A stretch of 38,135 nt of DNA from Methanobacteriota archaeon (GTDB taxonomy: Archaea; Methanobacteriota; Methanobacteria; Methanobacteriales; Methanobacteriaceae). A program made the position numbers and the translations under genes. The notes under the pieces were generated by a model. The model was not told where the DNA came from and made no database searches. It worked only from the letters and a program-made list of their open reading frames with translations. Shown here piece after piece: positions 1-10,072 of this stretch. How positions within the stretch are numbered: position 1 is the first letter of the stretch; every line of letters starts with the position of its first letter. The stretch lies in assembly GCA_023409695.1 (NCBI GenBank), contig JAEYQZ010000028.1:1-38135 (forward strand). Reading direction: 5' to 3'.

Positions 1-1
1 G

Positions 2-208
2 AATATACCTGGATCTCTTGGTATTCGCGAGGCTGTAATGATTGCCCTTTTCCTGCCGGTAGGTGTTTCTCCGGATATAGTTCTTGCAGTGGCCTTGTTA
101 GATCGTGTGGTGAGTTACGTTATTCCAACGTCTATTGGAGCTTTTTCAACCTTTTACTATGGTAAAAAATATAGGGAAAAAAAAGAAAATTCAAAAGTTC
201 AAGCTTGA
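2..208 (+). CDS. C-terminal part of a UPF0104 / lysylphosphatidylglycerol-synthase TM (flippase-like) membrane protein, truncated by window edge
   Basis: Manual translation from base 2: NIPGSLGIREAVMIALFLPVGVSPDIVLAVALLDRVVSYVIPTSIG...VQA*. PGxLGxRE and 'A.LL.R..SY' motifs are typical of this family; TGA at 206-208. Confidence 0.75.
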   Translation, partial: NIPGSLGIREAVMIALFLPVGVSPDIVLAVALLDRVVSYVIPTSIGAFSTFYYGKKYREKKENSKVQA

Positions 209-481
209 TAGTTCATATTAATTAGTTTATGATTTAAATAATTTTTTTGAGATTATTATCTTTTAGATTCCTTTATTTTCAATGATTGCGTATTTAAGAT
301 TAAAATAGAATCAGTGATTTATATTACCAAATGTAATTTTTAGTTTAAAGATTAAATACTGGATTTAATAATTCAAAAGGATTATATTAAAGATTAACAC
401 TTATTATTTAAAAATATCGAAATCTTTATATATAACTTCAACACATTATAATATTATATAAAATTATCGGTTGATGATATA

Positions 482-757
482 CTGAAAAAATTGGGAATTA
501 TCTCGCACATCTCCAACAAAGGCAAAATTATATTAAGATCTGATCAAACACCTGGTTTTGGACTACCTGTTTTTACTGCAGATAAAAAAAGAATTGGAAC
601 TGTTCATGATGTCTTTGGACCTACAAAAAAACCGTATATTTCAGTTAAACTTTATGCAAAAAATACTGAAAATTATGAAGATCGAGTTGGAGAGAGCTTG
701 TATGTATCATCAAAACCTATAAAAAAATGGGGGCGAAAAAAACGAAAGAAAAGATGA
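482..757 (+). CDS. gar1: H/ACA RNP component Gar1/Naf1 family protein
   Basis: [19 protein letters not shown] motif; upstream of tfb as in many archaea. ORF track starts at TTG 491; CTG 482 gives MKKLGII (start uncertain). Confidence 0.85.
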   Translation: MKKLGIISHISNKGKIILRSDQTPGFGLPVFTADKKRIGTVHDVFGPTKKPYISVKLYAKNTENYEDRVGESLYVSSKPIKKWGRKKRKKR

Positions 758-1689
758 AATACGACGTTTCAGAAATTGAAAAGGTCGAGACAAGATGCCC
801 AGAATGCGATTCTGATAAACTCATTAATGATCACGAACGTGGGGAAATAGTATGCGGTGCGTGTGGTCTGGTTATCGATGATAATTTAGTTGATATGGGA
901 CCAGAATGGAGAGCATTTGACCATGAGCAAAGGGATAAAAGGACAAGAGTAGGTGCTCCAATAACTTACACCATCCACGATAAAGGTCTAAGTACCATGA
1001 TCGATTGGAGGAACAAGGACATCTATGGTAGGGATATTCCTGCTAGAAACCGTGCTCAATGGTACCGTTTAAGAAAATGGCAGAGAAAAATAAGGATCTC
1101 TGGTGCCACAGAAAGAAACCTTGCGTTTGCTTTGAGTGAACTTGATAGGGACTCTTCAAGACTTGGTTTGCCTAGAAGTGTGAGAGAAGCAGCTTCAGTT
1201 GATTACAGGAGCGCTGTTGAAAACAAACTCATAAGAGGGCGAAGTATAGAAGGTGTAGTTGCAGCATCATTATATGCAGCATGCAGACGTTGTAACGTTC
1301 CAAGGACTCTTGATGAGATTGCAGAAGTTTCTAGAGTAAGCAAAAAAGAAGTTGGAAGAACTTACAGGTTCTTAACACGTGAACTTAATATAAAATTACC
1401 ACCAACATCTCCAGTTGACTACGTACCAAGGTTTGCAAGTGAATTAAGCTTATCTGGTGAAGTACAATCCAAAGCTATTGAAATAATTGAAAAAGCAATG
1501 GAAAAAGGTCTTACATCTGGTAGGGGACCAACAGGAGTTGCAGCAGCAGCTTTATACATTGCATCTGTACTTCTCGGTGAGAGAAAAACTCAAAGGGATG
1601 TTGCAGACATCGCGGGTGTAACTGAAGTAACTATCCGTAACAGATACAAAGAGCTTACAGAACAGCTCGATATGGGTGTAACTTTATAG
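754..1689 (+). CDS. tfb: Transcription initiation factor IIB (TFB)
   Basis: Zn ribbon CPEC...CGAC, GPEWRAF B-reader, two cyclin repeats, [16 protein letters not shown] 754 overlaps the gar1 stop (ATGA); alternative ATG at 727. Confidence 0.97.
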   Translation: MKYDVSEIEKVETRCPECDSDKLINDHERGEIVCGACGLVIDDNLVDMGPEWRAFDHEQRDKRTRVGAPITYTIHDKGLSTMIDWRNKDIYGRDIPARNRAQWYRLRKWQRKIRISGATERNLAFALSELDRDSSRLGLPRSVREAASVDYRSAVENKLIRGRSIEGVVAASLYAACRRCNVPRTLDEIAEVSRVSKKEVGRTYRFLTRELNIKLPPTSPVDYVPRFASELSLSGEVQSKAIEIIEKAMEKGLTSGRGPTGVAAAALYIASVLLGERKTQRDVADIAGVTEVTIRNRYKELTEQLDMGVTL

Positions 1690-1695
1690 TTACAC
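1676..1695 (+). terminator. 8-bp hairpin over the tfb stop codon, possible 3'-end structure
   Basis: GTGTAACT-ttat-AGTTACAC perfect inverted repeat; T-rich tract further downstream; convergent gene follows. Confidence 0.35.
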
Positions 1696-1846
1696 TACTT
1701 ACTTCAATTAAAGTTCTATTTTTAAATATTTGAATAAAAACAAGGTAGTATGTGCAACAAACTATTACCTGATTTATTTTTATTAAAAAAGTTTTTATTA
1801 ACTAAATTATCAGTAACTAATTAAAATTTAAAAAATAAGAGGAATT

Positions 1847-2047
1847 TTAAAATCCTAGATTTCCTCTAAACATGTATAATATATAAACTATTACAATTAC
1901 TGCAAAGATTAGATAAAATGTTCTTCGAGTTTTAGCTACTTTTTTAGTTCTTTCTAAATATTTATTTTCACATTTAGGTGAGCAAAATCTTTCTTCTGCA
2001 GGAATTGATATTCCGCATACTGGACAGTGTTTGTGTGGTTTTGTCAT
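1847..2047 (-). CDS. DUF2116 family Zn-ribbon membrane protein
   Basis: PHKHCPVCG...FCSPKC followed by one C-terminal TM helix; ATG 2047 preceded by GAGGT RBS. Confidence 0.85.
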   Translation of the reverse strand: MTKPHKHCPVCGISIPAEERFCSPKCENKYLERTKKVAKTRRTFYLIFAVIVIVYILYMFRGNLGF

Positions 2048-2246
2048 GTTATCGACCTCAAATTTTAATTGTAAATGATTTAAAATTGAACTTTTAATCA
2101 AAAGTTTAAAAATTATGTATCCTTTATCTAACCATCTTAACTAGTATAAAAAAAAATGATATTTGGAATACTTATGATACACATATGTCATTCATATTTA
2201 TAAAGACTACGATGAATTATGAAAAATTAAATGATGGACTGAATTT

Positions 2247-2921
2247 TTAATTATGAATAATTGTAGTCCCTATCTCACTGGTAACCGCTTTTTGAATATT
2301 TTCAGCATTTGTTCCGTTAACAATTCTGGTCTTTATCTTTGATCGTTTGATTATGTCTATTGCAGTGCTGTCAAAGAATTCGTAGGTGCCAGCTTTAGTC
2401 TCTTTACTGCTTAAAATAGACATCATTTCTATAGGGGTGATTTTTTCAAACATTTTGGCATCTTCATGCTTATTTGGATCTTTATCGTATAATCCATCTA
2501 CTGATGTAGCGTTTATTAAAAGATCAGCATTCACAAATTCTGCAAGGATACTGCTAACGGCATCTGTACTGTGGGCTGGTTCAGTTCCACCCATAACCAC
2601 AATTTTACCAGATACTGAAAATTCCATTGCTTCATGGAAATTTTTAGCTACTTTAGGATATGCATCTTCACCGAGCGCAAGTATTAGAAGTTTGGCATTT
2701 AATCTTGTAACATCAATTCCTATATCATCACATGCTGCTTCAGAAACTCCAAGATCCCTTGCAATTCCAATGTATTCACGAGCGGGCTTTCCACCACCAA
2801 CTACAACAAATAATCTATGTTCATTATTCATACTTCTTAAAATATTAGCATAATCTTTAAATTTTTCATGGTTATTCTCTTTAATTATTATAGATCCGCC
2901 TACTGCAACCACAATTTTCAT
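2247..2921 (-). CDS. pyrH: Uridylate kinase (archaeal type)
   Basis: [25 protein letters not shown] and VDGLYDKDP motifs of amino-acid-kinase family UMP kinases. Confidence 0.95.
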   Translation of the reverse strand: MKIVVAVGGSIIIKENNHEKFKDYANILRSMNNEHRLFVVVGGGKPAREYIGIARDLGVSEAACDDIGIDVTRLNAKLLILALGEDAYPKVAKNFHEAMEFSVSGKIVVMGGTEPAHSTDAVSSILAEFVNADLLINATSVDGLYDKDPNKHEDAKMFEKITPIEMMSILSSKETKAGTYEFFDSTAIDIIKRSKIKTRIVNGTNAENIQKAVTSEIGTTIIHN

Positions 2922-2989
2922 ATTATCATCACCATATTAACTGTCGTGAAACTTAAATAAATATAATTCTCTATTATGAAATAGAATTA

Positions 2990-3254
2990 GTAAGGTTTTA
3001 ATTATATTATTGAAGATATAATATAAAATAGATAGCTTATTATTTTAAATTATAATGATATAATGAATTAATTTACTCGTAAGGTTTTAATTATATAATT
3101 GGAGATATAATAGCTTATGTTTTGATATTCTAAATTGTGTTGATATAATGAATTAATTTACTAGTAAGGTTTTAATTATATAATTGGAGATATAATATAC
3201 TAAACTCATGTTCTGATATTCTAAATTATGTTGATATAATGAATTAATTTACTA
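2990..3254. repeat. Three imperfect tandem copies of an ~85-91 bp unit between divergent pyrH and prf1
   Basis: Units start GTAAGGTTTTAATTATA at 2990, 3079 and 3164; each ends GATATAATGAATTAATTTACT. Confidence 0.92.
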
Positions 3255-3279
3255 TTACTATTATTAAGGAGTGATTTTT

Positions 3280-4509
3280 TTGGCTGAAGTATCATCAAAA
3301 GAGTTATACGAGTTTAAAAGAACCATTGAAGAACTCGCAGATAAAAAAGGAAGGGGAACAGAACTTGTATCAGTTTATATCCCCCCAGATAAACAAGTTA
3401 GTGATGTAGTAAAGCACATGAGAGAAGAATTAAGTCAAAGTGCTAACATTAAGAGTAAACAAACAAAAAAGAATGTACAGTCTGCAATTGAGGTAATCGT
3501 GCAGAAATTGAAATTATTCCCAAAACCTCCCGAACATGGGCTGCTTCTTTTTGTTGGAATGATCCCTAAAGGCGGTCCTGGTACTGAAAAAATGGAAACT
3601 TACGTTTTTGAGCCGCCAGAAGTTATACAGACTTACACATATCACTGTAATTCTGAATTTTATCTGGAACCGCTTCAGAATATGTTGGATGTAAAAGAAA
3701 CATATGGTCTTGCGGTACTGGACAGAAAAGAAGCTACAATTGCTGTCTTACGCGGTAAACGAATTGATATTGTTAAAACATTAACTAGTGGTGTTCCCGG
3801 TAAGCACAAAGCAGGTGGACAATCTCAGCGAAGGTTTGATCGTTTAATTGACCTTGCAGCTCATGAATTCTTAAAAAGAATAGGACACCATATTAATGAT
3901 GCTTTCTTACCAATTCCTGATTTAAAAGGAGTAGTATTAGGTGGGCCTGGTCATACCAAGGAAGAGTTCCTTGAAGGGGATTATATGCATTACGAAATTA
4001 AAAATAAGGTCATAACCACTGTAGATACATCTTATACTGGTGAATTTGGTATAAGAGAAGTCATTGACAAGTCCATGGATGTTTTAAATGAAATGGATAT
4101 AATGCGTGAGAAAAAACTTGTACAGAGGTTTTTAAAGGAACTCATAAATGAAGATGGACTTGCATCTTATGGAGAAAAAGATGTAAGACGAAATCTTGAA
4201 ATGGGCGCAGTTGAAGTCCTTCTTCTATCTGAAGATGTTAGTTACAAGCGTGAAACATGTGAATGTCCTGCATGTGCATATACAGAAGGAAAAACCATTA
4301 AAAAATCTGAAGAAATAGGAAATGAACAGTGTCCACAATGTGGAGAAATAATGAAGGTTGTTGGATCAAGGGACATTATCGACGAGTTTGTTGATATGGC
4401 TGAAGAAGTCGGATCTGATATCGAGATTATTTCAACAGAAACAGAAGAGGGAATGCAGTTGTTACGTGCATTTGGTGGTATTGCTGGAATACTCAGGTAC
4501 AGAACATAG
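3280..4509 (+). CDS. prf1: Peptide chain release factor aRF1
   Basis: NIKS, YHC and GGQS motifs; C-terminal Cys-rich Zn-ribbon insert. TTG 3280 follows GGAGTGA RBS (track start GTG 3271 lies inside the RBS). Confidence 0.97.
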   Translation: MAEVSSKELYEFKRTIEELADKKGRGTELVSVYIPPDKQVSDVVKHMREELSQSANIKSKQTKKNVQSAIEVIVQKLKLFPKPPEHGLLLFVGMIPKGGPGTEKMETYVFEPPEVIQTYTYHCNSEFYLEPLQNMLDVKETYGLAVLDRKEATIAVLRGKRIDIVKTLTSGVPGKHKAGGQSQRRFDRLIDLAAHEFLKRIGHHINDAFLPIPDLKGVVLGGPGHTKEEFLEGDYMHYEIKNKVITTVDTSYTGEFGIREVIDKSMDVLNEMDIMREKKLVQRFLKELINEDGLASYGEKDVRRNLEMGAVEVLLLSEDVSYKRETCECPACAYTEGKTIKKSEEIGNEQCPQCGEIMKVVGSRDIIDEFVDMAEEVGSDIEIISTETEEGMQLLRAFGGIAGILRYRT

Positions 4510-4618
4510 GATCTGTACCTCTATTTTTTTTATTAATTTAAAAAGTAGCTCAATAAAGCTATAATTTCTATTTTTTAAAAATAATTTAGAAAAAGAATTA
4601 AAAATTAAAGATTAGATT

Positions 4619-5218
4619 TTATCCTAACCTGCTTACACGAATCAAAGATTTTACAGGAACGCCTTCAATTTCGTCTATTCCTTTTTTATCGATTAAAACA
4701 GCCGCACAAAGTGGATTTGCCCCAAGATCGTTTAAGATATTTATTGCTTCATTTACTGTTCTTCCGCTTGTTATAACGTCATCCACAATTACAACTTTTT
4801 TACCTTCAACCGATGCAAAGTTGCTGCTTATTGCTCCTCGTGCATCTTCCTCTTTTCTGTGTTTTATAGGGTGAAATACAGTTATATCTGCGTCTATTAG
4901 TTCTGCCATCATGGTTGCAAATGGTACTCCACTTACAGTTATACCTACTACTACTTCAACATCACCATATTCTAAAGCTAAATCAGCCATGGCTGCAGAT
5001 ACATGCATCATTCTAGTAGAGCTACTACCTAAATTCTTCCAGTTTATTGCGAAATCAACTGGAGCTTTTTGGGCCCCTTCTTCCATCTTTTTACCAGTTA
5101 CCTGTAAAATAAGCCATCTGGCGGTGTCTTTAGAGACATTAAGTTCATCTGCTATTTCTCCGGTGGTAAAGCCTCTGTTTCTTAGTTCATAAGCCCTTTT
5201 TATAAGCTCTTCATTCAT
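4619..5218 (-). CDS. gfcR: PyrE-like HTH-PRTase transcriptional regulator GfcR
   Basis: N-terminal HTH ([14 protein letters not shown]) plus PRPP-binding [13 protein letters not shown] motif. Confidence 0.85.
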   Translation of the reverse strand: MNEELIKRAYELRNRGFTTGEIADELNVSKDTARWLILQVTGKKMEEGAQKAPVDFAINWKNLGSSSTRMMHVSAAMADLALEYGDVEVVVGITVSGVPFATMMAELIDADITVFHPIKHRKEEDARGAISSNFASVEGKKVVIVDDVITSGRTVNEAINILNDLGANPLCAAVLIDKKGIDEIEGVPVKSLIRVSRLG

Positions 5219-5494
5219 AAAAACACGTCCAATTTAATTGAGGATTATTATATATAATATCTATACCTAATTTTTAGGATATTGCAATATAAGTTTTTAT
5301 CTGTTACTAAACAGACATTATACAATGATTTGATTTTTAAGAAATAAAAATATATGGGAATTCATAATAATTTCTGTCATCTACGAAGTTTTTATAAAAT
5401 TAGATATATAACAATTTAAATCTTAATTATCTAAAAATAAAAGTTTAAAGGCCGAAAAACTTTTAGTTTATCGACATTTTTAAAGTATACGGTT

Positions 5495-6448
5495 TTAATA
5501 ATCATTTATTTCAACAGGAAGAGTATCTTTTGCAGATTTCATGGCTGCAGTTACAACTTTAAGTGCGTATATCCCATCTTTACCAGTAATCTTAGGTTCT
5601 TCACCGTTATCCACTGCATTTAAAAATGAACTTAATTCTTCCCTTAAAGGTTCTTTGTACTCTATATCCACATTCTGAGTGGATTTTCCGTATACATGAA
5701 CTGTTTGATCAATATAATCTATGGAAATTATCCCGTCTACACCAGTTACTTCTAATTTCCTTTTTTTGTATGGTGTAAGCCAGTTTACTTCAAGCATACC
5801 AATAATACCATTTTTAAAACTGCTCATTATTTCTGCATGGTCTTCATATTCACATTTTTCAAGTCTGCTTCCCATATTAGCATATATTCTGGATATGGGG
5901 CTGTCAAAAAGGTGATACATTATGTCCACGTCGTGTATTGCAAGGTCTATTATAACTCCAACATCTTTAATTCGTGGAGGAAACGGACCTACTCTTTTTG
6001 CAGATGCAGATACAACTTCTCCAATAACATCGTCTTTTATAAGTTCTTTTGCCTTTCCTACAGCGGGGTTAAATCGTTCAACGTGACCGGTTGCAAGTTT
6101 AACTCCTTCATCTTTTGCAGCTTGTACCATTGCTTCTGCTTCTCTTAAGGTAAATGCTATTGGTTTTTCTACCAGTACATGTTTACCATGCTCTATTGCG
6201 TCCATAACAACATTGAAATGATGAGTAGTAGGAACACATACACTAACCGCGTCTATTTCAGGCATTTTAAGAATATCCATATAATCTACAAATCCTTTTG
6301 TACCATATTGGTTAGCAACCTCCGCTGATTTTTCTCTCATAAGATCAGATATAGCCAAGAGATTGGCATTTTCAAGTTCAGAATATACTCTGGCGTGGTG
6401 AATTCCCATAGCTCCTACACCAATTACGCCCACATTTACCTTATTCAC
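5495..6448 (-). CDS. Gfo/Idh/MocA oxidoreductase, WbpB-like (possible UDP-GlcNAc(A) 3-dehydrogenase)
   Basis: GVGAMG Rossmann motif, EKP, GHVERFNPA, DLAIHD; GTG start overlaps hemC stop (GTGA). Confidence 0.85.
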   Translation of the reverse strand: MNKVNVGVIGVGAMGIHHARVYSELENANLLAISDLMREKSAEVANQYGTKGFVDYMDILKMPEIDAVSVCVPTTHHFNVVMDAIEHGKHVLVEKPIAFTLREAEAMVQAAKDEGVKLATGHVERFNPAVGKAKELIKDDVIGEVVSASAKRVGPFPPRIKDVGVIIDLAIHDVDIMYHLFDSPISRIYANMGSRLEKCEYEDHAEIMSSFKNGIIGMLEVNWLTPYKKRKLEVTGVDGIISIDYIDQTVHVYGKSTQNVDIEYKEPLREELSSFLNAVDNGEEPKITGKDGIYALKVVTAAMKSAKDTLPVEINDY

Positions 6449-7314
6449 ACATAATCCTCCATTATTTTTGCAACATCTTTACCTAATTTTTCTGCGTCGT
6501 TTATTGATCCGCTTAATTTAGCTTCAGACAGTACATTACCTTCTTTTGTTAATAAAATACCGTAAACATCTAATTTATTGCCATCTGCCTTTGCAGATAC
6601 TCCAAGCGGCCATTGACAGCCTACTCCAAGTTCTGCAAGCACAGCTTTTTCAGCTGCTACTTCTTGTACTGAATTAAAATGATTTAATTTTTCTAAAGTT
6701 TTTCTAACACTGCTGTCATGCCTTGCAACTACAGCTAGTGCTCCCTGCCCTGCTGCAGGGGTGAAATAGTCTACTGGAAATACTTCTTGGATATGATGAG
6801 CTAGACCAAGTCTATTAAGACCAGCTTCTGCCATTATTGTAGCATCATATTCTCCATTTATCACTTTTTTAACCCGTGTATCTATATTTCCACGTATTGG
6901 TTTTATATTCAAGTTTTTACCATGATAATTACAGAAAGCTTCCCTTCTCAGGCTGCTTGTTCCAATAGATGCTCCTTCTGGAAGTTCATCCCATTTATAT
7001 GAAGATATCAGCACTTCATTTGGGGACTCTCTTTCAGGGACTGCTACTATCTCAAGGTCACCTGCAAGTTCTGTGGGAAGGTCTTTTAAACTGTGTACTG
7101 CAAAATCAACGTCTTCTTCCAGAACTGCTTTGTCCAGTTCCTTGGTGAATATACCTTTTACATCAATGGAATAAAGTTGAGAATCAGTGATTTTATCTCC
7201 GGTAGTTTTAATTATTTCCATATCTATTTCTTCGTTTATTATTTTAGATAATTGACTGATTATACTTTTCGTTTGAGTCACTGCTAAATTGCTTCCCCGG
7301 GTGCCAACTTTCAA
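6445..7314 (-). CDS. hemC: Hydroxymethylbilane synthase (porphobilinogen deaminase)
   Basis: GTRGSNLA, AVHSLKDLP, GTSSLRR, RGNIDTR, cofactor Cys in LGVGCQWP; TTG start after GGAGAGG. Confidence 0.97.
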   Translation of the reverse strand: MKVGTRGSNLAVTQTKSIISQLSKIINEEIDMEIIKTTGDKITDSQLYSIDVKGIFTKELDKAVLEEDVDFAVHSLKDLPTELAGDLEIVAVPERESPNEVLISSYKWDELPEGASIGTSSLRREAFCNYHGKNLNIKPIRGNIDTRVKKVINGEYDATIMAEAGLNRLGLAHHIQEVFPVDYFTPAAGQGALAVVARHDSSVRKTLEKLNHFNSVQEVAAEKAVLAELGVGCQWPLGVSAKADGNKLDVYGILLTKEGNVLSEAKLSGSINDAEKLGKDVAKIMEDYV

Positions 7315-7352
7315 AGAATCCTCTCCAAATTATTTAATAAACTAAAAAACTC

Positions 7353-7636
7353 TTCAAAAATCGATAGATTTTCGAATGCCGCCGAAAAATCGCAGATTTT
7401 TCGGGCTGCAAAATTAAAAATTTTGCAAGCTGTCAAACATTCATGTTTGATGTTTACGAAATCATCAAAAATCGAAGATTTTTGTGAGATAAGAAATGCT
7501 ATGCATTTCTTATATTTTTAATTTCGTAACAGCAAAATTCGTAGAATGTTTGCATGCATGTAAAAAATCGCAGATTTTTTACTGTTGCGAATTACAAATT
7601 CGCAAACATCAAAAAAATGAATTTTTTTGAATGTTT
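7353..7636. repeat. Array of ten short palindromes (core AAAATC-GNA-GATTTT and variants) with nested outer stems
   Basis: Hairpins at 7353-7376, 7382-7404, 7407-7427, 7433-7450, 7466-7484, 7489-7513, 7532-7553, 7560-7582, 7585-7605 and 7609-7630. Confidence 0.9.
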
Positions 7637-7720
7637 TAATATAGCTTTTCCTCTGAACTCCATATTGAATGTTCATCAATGACCTTTAAAAATATTTTTG
7701 TGAATAATTTCACATTTAGA

Positions 7721-7767
7721 TCATAACTTTATAAGAATTGTCATAACATCATAACTTTATAAGATTG
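7721..7767. promoter_or_regulatory. Direct repeat TCATAACTTTATAAGA x2 just downstream of a minus-strand TATA-like box, upstream of hemC
   Basis: Copies at 7721-7736 and 7749-7764 with a partial TCATAAC between; TTATATA on the minus strand at ~7785-7792. Confidence 0.45.
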
Positions 7768-7842
7768 ATTTATTGGTCTTTAGGTATATAATTTAAGATT
7801 TATCCCAGATCTTTATGTAATTTCAAAATTCTCTTATTTAAA

Positions 7843-9180
7843 TTATCTTCGGGCAATATCTGAAAAATTGGATCTGTATATCAAAAGAATCATTTTAGAA
7901 TCCATTTGGACGGCTTCATCAATAGCATTATTAAAGTCAGTATACTTATATTTTCGTTTTATCATGTTTGTGATGTTTTTACCGAGTTCATCAACCAATA
8001 TAAGCTGAATTTTAGGATCCATGTCATTAAAAAACCTTGCAGTGGCCTCTTCATCTATCTCTTCACAGGTTACTCCATATTTGCCCCCAAAGATGACGGA
8101 TGGACTTTCTAGATCTTGAATCATTTTAACTGATTTTTTAATGGCCGTAACATTGATTCCAGGATTAATTTCCTCTATAATTTTACTTCTTTTGTAGCTT
8201 CTTATGGATGTCCGCCCATCGATCCCTTTAAAGTTTTTTAATCCTTTTCTAATTTGATTAATAGGAATTTTTAAAATCAAAGCAGCACATACAGCTCCGA
8301 GAACGTTGTTTAAATGGTGTTCTGCGGGTGCAAAAGTTGAAACAACAAATGAAGTATTTATAATAGTTCCATCTATGGTTTTAAGGCCATTAACTTCCAC
8401 GTTAAAAGATGTTTTGTCAAGCCCAAATTTTAAGTTAGATGCATAGACATTTGCGCCCTTATTAATGTCAAATGTAACTGTATTTTTGTTAAAATTGAGA
8501 TAAAACTGATTGTATGAATCAAAATCGCATGCAACTACCTTACTTTTAAATATTTGGGATTTGGCCTGACTTGCAGTTTTTCCTTTAGATGCTATGGTAT
8601 AATTTTCAGCTATATTGGTAAGTATACCTGCATCTGCAAGTCCTGTTCCTCCAAGAGAGGTTTCGAATATACAAATTCCAATATTTTTATAATCTTTAGC
8701 TAATTGCCATGTTTCAATGATGCTTGCAGGAGTTATGCTTATATTTTTTTTTAAGAGGGTGCTTGTACCGTTTTCTACAACTTCAACCCCTAAGCTGCTT
8801 AAAATTAATGGATTTAAATCGTTAAATATTTCCTTGAGCATTTTTACAGTGCTGGTCTTTCCTTTTACTCCCGTAACTTCAATTACAGGAACATTAATCT
8901 GGTCTTTCATCAGAAATTTAACTGCTTCGTGGTGGGTCATATCGACTTTTGAGTCAATTTTACAGTGTACTGGGGCAATGATTAAAAAATCATTATTATT
9001 TGCCTCATCCAGAAACGATTTTTCAACAAATTTTATCCTTTTTTTTTCTAAAGAGAGTTTTTCATCTAGAGAAAGCGTGTTGTAAATGTCTAATGCAAAA
9101 ACTTTAAAATCATCTAATTTTGAAAATTCTGAAGCTATTAATTTGCCTCCATGTGTCATGTCAACGATTAATGCATTCAT
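7843..9180 (-). CDS. cfbE: Coenzyme F430 synthetase (MurD/MurF-like ligase)
   Basis: N-terminal DMTHGG, P-loop EVTGVKGKTST, FETSLGGTG, EEINPGIN and TCEEID motifs characteristic of CfbE. Confidence 0.9.
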   Translation of the reverse strand: MNALIVDMTHGGKLIASEFSKLDDFKVFALDIYNTLSLDEKLSLEKKRIKFVEKSFLDEANNNDFLIIAPVHCKIDSKVDMTHHEAVKFLMKDQINVPVIEVTGVKGKTSTVKMLKEIFNDLNPLILSSLGVEVVENGTSTLLKKNISITPASIIETWQLAKDYKNIGICIFETSLGGTGLADAGILTNIAENYTIASKGKTASQAKSQIFKSKVVACDFDSYNQFYLNFNKNTVTFDINKGANVYASNLKFGLDKTSFNVEVNGLKTIDGTIINTSFVVSTFAPAEHHLNNVLGAVCAALILKIPINQIRKGLKNFKGIDGRTSIRSYKRSKIIEEINPGINVTAIKKSVKMIQDLESPSVIFGGKYGVTCEEIDEEATARFFNDMDPKIQLILVDELGKNITNMIKRKYKYTDFNNAIDEAVQMDSKMILLIYRSNFSDIARR

Positions 9181-9226
9181 TGGTTATATGCTCCTGTGAA
9201 TTCGCTAAAAATAAAAAAGAATTAAG

Positions 9227-10072
9227 TTATTCTAGTCCTATTCCGCCTTTTATGAGCTTTTCCCTCACTTTTTTATAGAACTCTTTGGTTAACCTTACAA
9301 AATAAGCATGCTGGTCTGATTTTTTAAATATAACCTCTTCCATGTAGTTGATTTCTTCTTCAACCTGTCCATCTATAACTGCTATGGCTTTTTTACCTTC
9401 TCTAAGCAGCTTTACACTTATTATACTTTCTCCAGATACTACTGTAGGACGCGAGCCAAGTTTAAATGGACATATGGGAACTATTATAAATGCATTTACA
9501 CGAGGATCAACAATAGGACCTCCTGCAGACATTGCATATGCAGTAGAACCACTTGGAGTTGCAATTATAAGTCCATCGGCCCGTAACTCTTCAACAATTT
9601 CATCGTCAACTCTTATTTCAAGATGGAGCATTTTTGCGGGTCTTCTAGTCATTAAAACAACTTCATTTAACGCCGGTGCCAGATCCTTGTTGTGCCATAC
9701 TTCAAGACGAGTACGTTCTTCAATGAAATAATTACCATTTAAAACTTCTTTAAGGGCATGGAATGACTCTTCAGGACCTATTTCTGTTAGAAAACCAACT
9801 GTACCCATATTTATCCCAAATATAGGGATATTTTTTCCATCTATAAAACTCTGGGTTCTTAAAATTGTCCCATCGCCCCCAATGGCAATGATAATATCTA
9901 CATCCATGTCATGGATTTCTCTGGCAGAATCATGGTATTTATCAAGCTTCTTTACAAGGGCAGTATCTAAAAAAACTTCTACTCCTTTCTTAATTAAAAA
10001 ATCAGTTAATTCATCTGTAAGTTCAATGGCTTTATGAATATCAAGGCGTGCCGCAATTCCTATGCGCATCAT
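9227..10072 (-). CDS. nadK: NAD kinase
   Basis: GGDGTIL, ALNE, DGLIIATPSGSTAYAMSAGGP motifs. Confidence 0.95.
   Translation of the reverse strand: MMRIGIAARLDIHKAIELTDELTDFLIKKGVEVFLDTALVKKLDKYHDSAREIHDMDVDIIIAIGGDGTILRTQSFIDGKNIPIFGINMGTVGFLTEIGPEESFHALKEVLNGNYFIEERTRLEVWHNKDLAPALNEVVLMTRRPAKMLHLEIRVDDEIVEELRADGLIIATPSGSTAYAMSAGGPIVDPRVNAFIIVPICPFKLGSRPTVVSGESIISVKLLREGKKAIAVIDGQVEEEINYMEEVIFKKSDQHAYFVRLTKEFYKKVREKLIKGGIGLE

Noticed and set aside
1198..1209. Asp in TFB 'SVDYR' where homologues usually have a hydrophobic residue
   Set aside because: Single substitution that could be a polymorphism or sequencing error; cannot be evaluated here.
2990..3254. CRISPR or origin-of-replication (ORB) interpretation of the tandem repeat
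   Set aside because: Whole units are homologous (no unique spacers); no ORB-like TTCCAG-GAAA/G-string motif and no cdc6/orc1 nearby.
7353..7636. CRISPR array or tRNA interpretation of the palindrome cluster
   Set aside because: No identical direct repeats with unique 30-40 bp spacers, no cas genes, and no T-loop/D-loop consensus.
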